48,020 nt of DNA from Vezdaea acicularis (taxonomy: Eukaryota): the NCBI GenBank assembly GCA_026025075.1, contig JAPEUI010000056.1, positions 62,001 through 110,020 of the forward strand, written 5' to 3'. This document shows, one piece after another, positions 46,712 through 48,020 of this stretch. Below the pieces are notes generated by a model. It was not told where the DNA came from. It did not search any database and was given only the letters and a program-made list of their open reading frames with translations. How positions within the stretch are numbered: position 1 is the first letter of the stretch; every line of letters begins with the position of its first letter. A program made the position numbers and the translations under genes.

Positions 46712-47197
46712 CTAGCCAACCACACTCTCCTCAACGATCTTCTCCATCTCCCGGCGTTCGTTGCTCGCTCTCCTGCTCTTCCTCCTCCGCCCGGTGACAG
46801 GCCTCTTCTTCTCCCCCTTGACATTGCCGCTCCACCTCCGCTCCGCCTCGCAGAGACTCCCGCTAACCACTCCACCATAGGTATGGTAGCTCATCCGCTC
46901 CTCATCCTCGTCACGCCGTCTTGCTTCGGGGACGCAAAGATCCTCGTCGCTGATATAGCTGGTCGCCTCGTCTTTCGTGCAGGACGAGAGGCTGTTCCTT
47001 CGCGGCCATGAGGGGAAGGCGCAAGAGTACTGTTGCTGCTGCGGGAGAGAAGTAGCGCGGACGGGGATCGGACGCGCCGAGATCGCTGTGTGCGTGGGTG
47101 AGAAGGTCGATGTCGAGGTTGTGCTTGTCGTGCTAGAGGTGGAGGTGGATGAGGAAGTCGAGGAGGAGAGAGACAGCGGCGTGTATGTCCAGAACAT
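46712..47197 (-). CDS. Small conserved fungal hypothetical protein (Ser/Thr-rich, basic C-terminus)
   Basis: 161-aa ORF with motifs SCAFPSWPRR.SL and TSYISDEDL, which I recall from Pezizomycotina hypothetical proteins. AAGATG start context and an upstream TATA box. Confidence 0.72.
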   Translation of the reverse strand: MFWTYTPLSLSSSTSSSTSTSSTTSTTSTSTFSPTHTAISARPIPVRATSLPQQQQYSCAFPSWPRRNSLSSCTKDEATSYISDEDLCVPEARRRDEDEERMSYHTYGGVVSGSLCEAERRWSGNVKGEKKRPVTGRRRKSRRASNERREMEKIVEESVVG

Positions 47198-47363
47198 CTT
47201 GTCTGCTTGTATGTCGTATGCTAGAGCATGTATAGAAAAAATGGCAGTCCGTTATTCCCGGAATATGCGTTCAGAAGTCGCAGCGGGGTATGTCGGCGCG
47301 TTATGTAGTAGTGCGTAAGGCTGCCTTCTTATGCGGGAGGGCCCAGATGCGCGCGCTGCAGTT

Positions 47364-47371
47364 TTTATATA
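47364..47371 (-). promoter_or_regulatory. TATA box of the 46712-47197 gene
   Basis: TATATAAA on the minus strand, about 170 bp upstream of the ATG. Confidence 0.55.
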
Positions 47372-47427
47372 TCAACAGCGGCGCGTGTGGGATGACTCGG
47401 GAAGCCGGTAGTAGTGGTGTGGGGGTG

Positions 47428-47445
47428 TGGTGGTGGTGGTGGTGG
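47428..47445. repeat. (TGG)6 microsatellite
   Basis: Read directly from the sequence; lies just upstream of the TATA box. Confidence 0.85.
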
Positions 47446-48020
47446 AGGAGGCGCAGAAGCAAAAGACGCGAGAGGGATCTCCCCACACACAGCGCATGCA
47501 AAGAGAATAATAAGCAAGCGCGGCGAGAGAGGACTTTTCCGTTGGTTGCTGCGGCGGTGAAACAGACTTTCTGGAAGAATCTCACATCATCTAGCAGCGG
47601 CGGTGACCCAGAAAGTGTTTTGCTTACTGTTCCTTGCGCGCCGTGCCGGTGCAGGGCTGCCCGGACTATATACATATTTCCTGTCCGTGTCCGTGTGCTG
47701 CCATGCGACGAGACACGGAGTTGTCCAGCCAGCTATGGGACGGTAGCTAGTCGATGCCAGCACCGACACGAAGGGAGTGAATCATCACAAGCCATCGAGG
47801 GCATCCGCGCGCGCGCCCCAGGCATCCAGAGGGAGGCGGCCGTGCGCTGGTGCCTCCTTCGTTCCACCCGACGCACCGGCGGTGCGACGTTCGTTGGCTT
47901 GAGCCCGCTCCGGCTCCGGCTTAGACCTGGCTTTTCGGGCTGGCGCTCTGGCGCTCTGGCGCGGCCAGCCAGACCCGCCTGGGCTTGCGCGCGCGCCCTA
48001 CGGCCAGCCCACACATGGGC

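Noticed and set aside
3239..46714. Stop-codon readthrough or cryptic peroxisomal PTS1 extensions
   Set aside because: None of the stop codons I checked has the TGA-CTA readthrough context, and I saw no short extension ending in an SKL-like tripeptide.
47733..48014. 93-aa minus-strand ORF and short GC-rich repeats (CTGGCGCT, CTCCGG)
   Set aside because: Low-complexity GC-rich promoter-like sequence at the window edge with no protein features.

Overview
Gene-dense genomic DNA of a filamentous ascomycete (Pezizomycotina-type genes, short GT-AG introns with CTRAY branch points). I can support 16 protein-coding genes: a gp1-like conserved protein, an AA11 LPMO, UV-damage endonuclease, a DHA1 MFS transporter, a SUR7/PalI protein, a fasciclin, App1, Pga2, Mhf1/CENP-S (missed by the ORF track), a conserved unknown, Cdc11/Nud1, a Bsc6-like MFS transporter, Vps24, Sba1/p23, a large WD40 protein and a small conserved Ser/Thr-rich protein. 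I found no tRNA, rRNA, CRISPR array or recognisable transposon. The most interesting signals are at the RNA level: (1) a ~1.7 kb ORF-poor interval (about 3.7-5.4 kb) with nested helices favouring the minus strand and a consensus intron, a candidate long structured ncRNA; (2) a 280-nt MFS intron that folds into a multibranched element with alternative pairings; (3) a compact four-way junction in the first p23 intron that hides a cryptic acceptor; (4) a likely non-AUG N-terminal extension of App1. All structures were paired by hand, with no folding or database search, and product names come from motif recognition.
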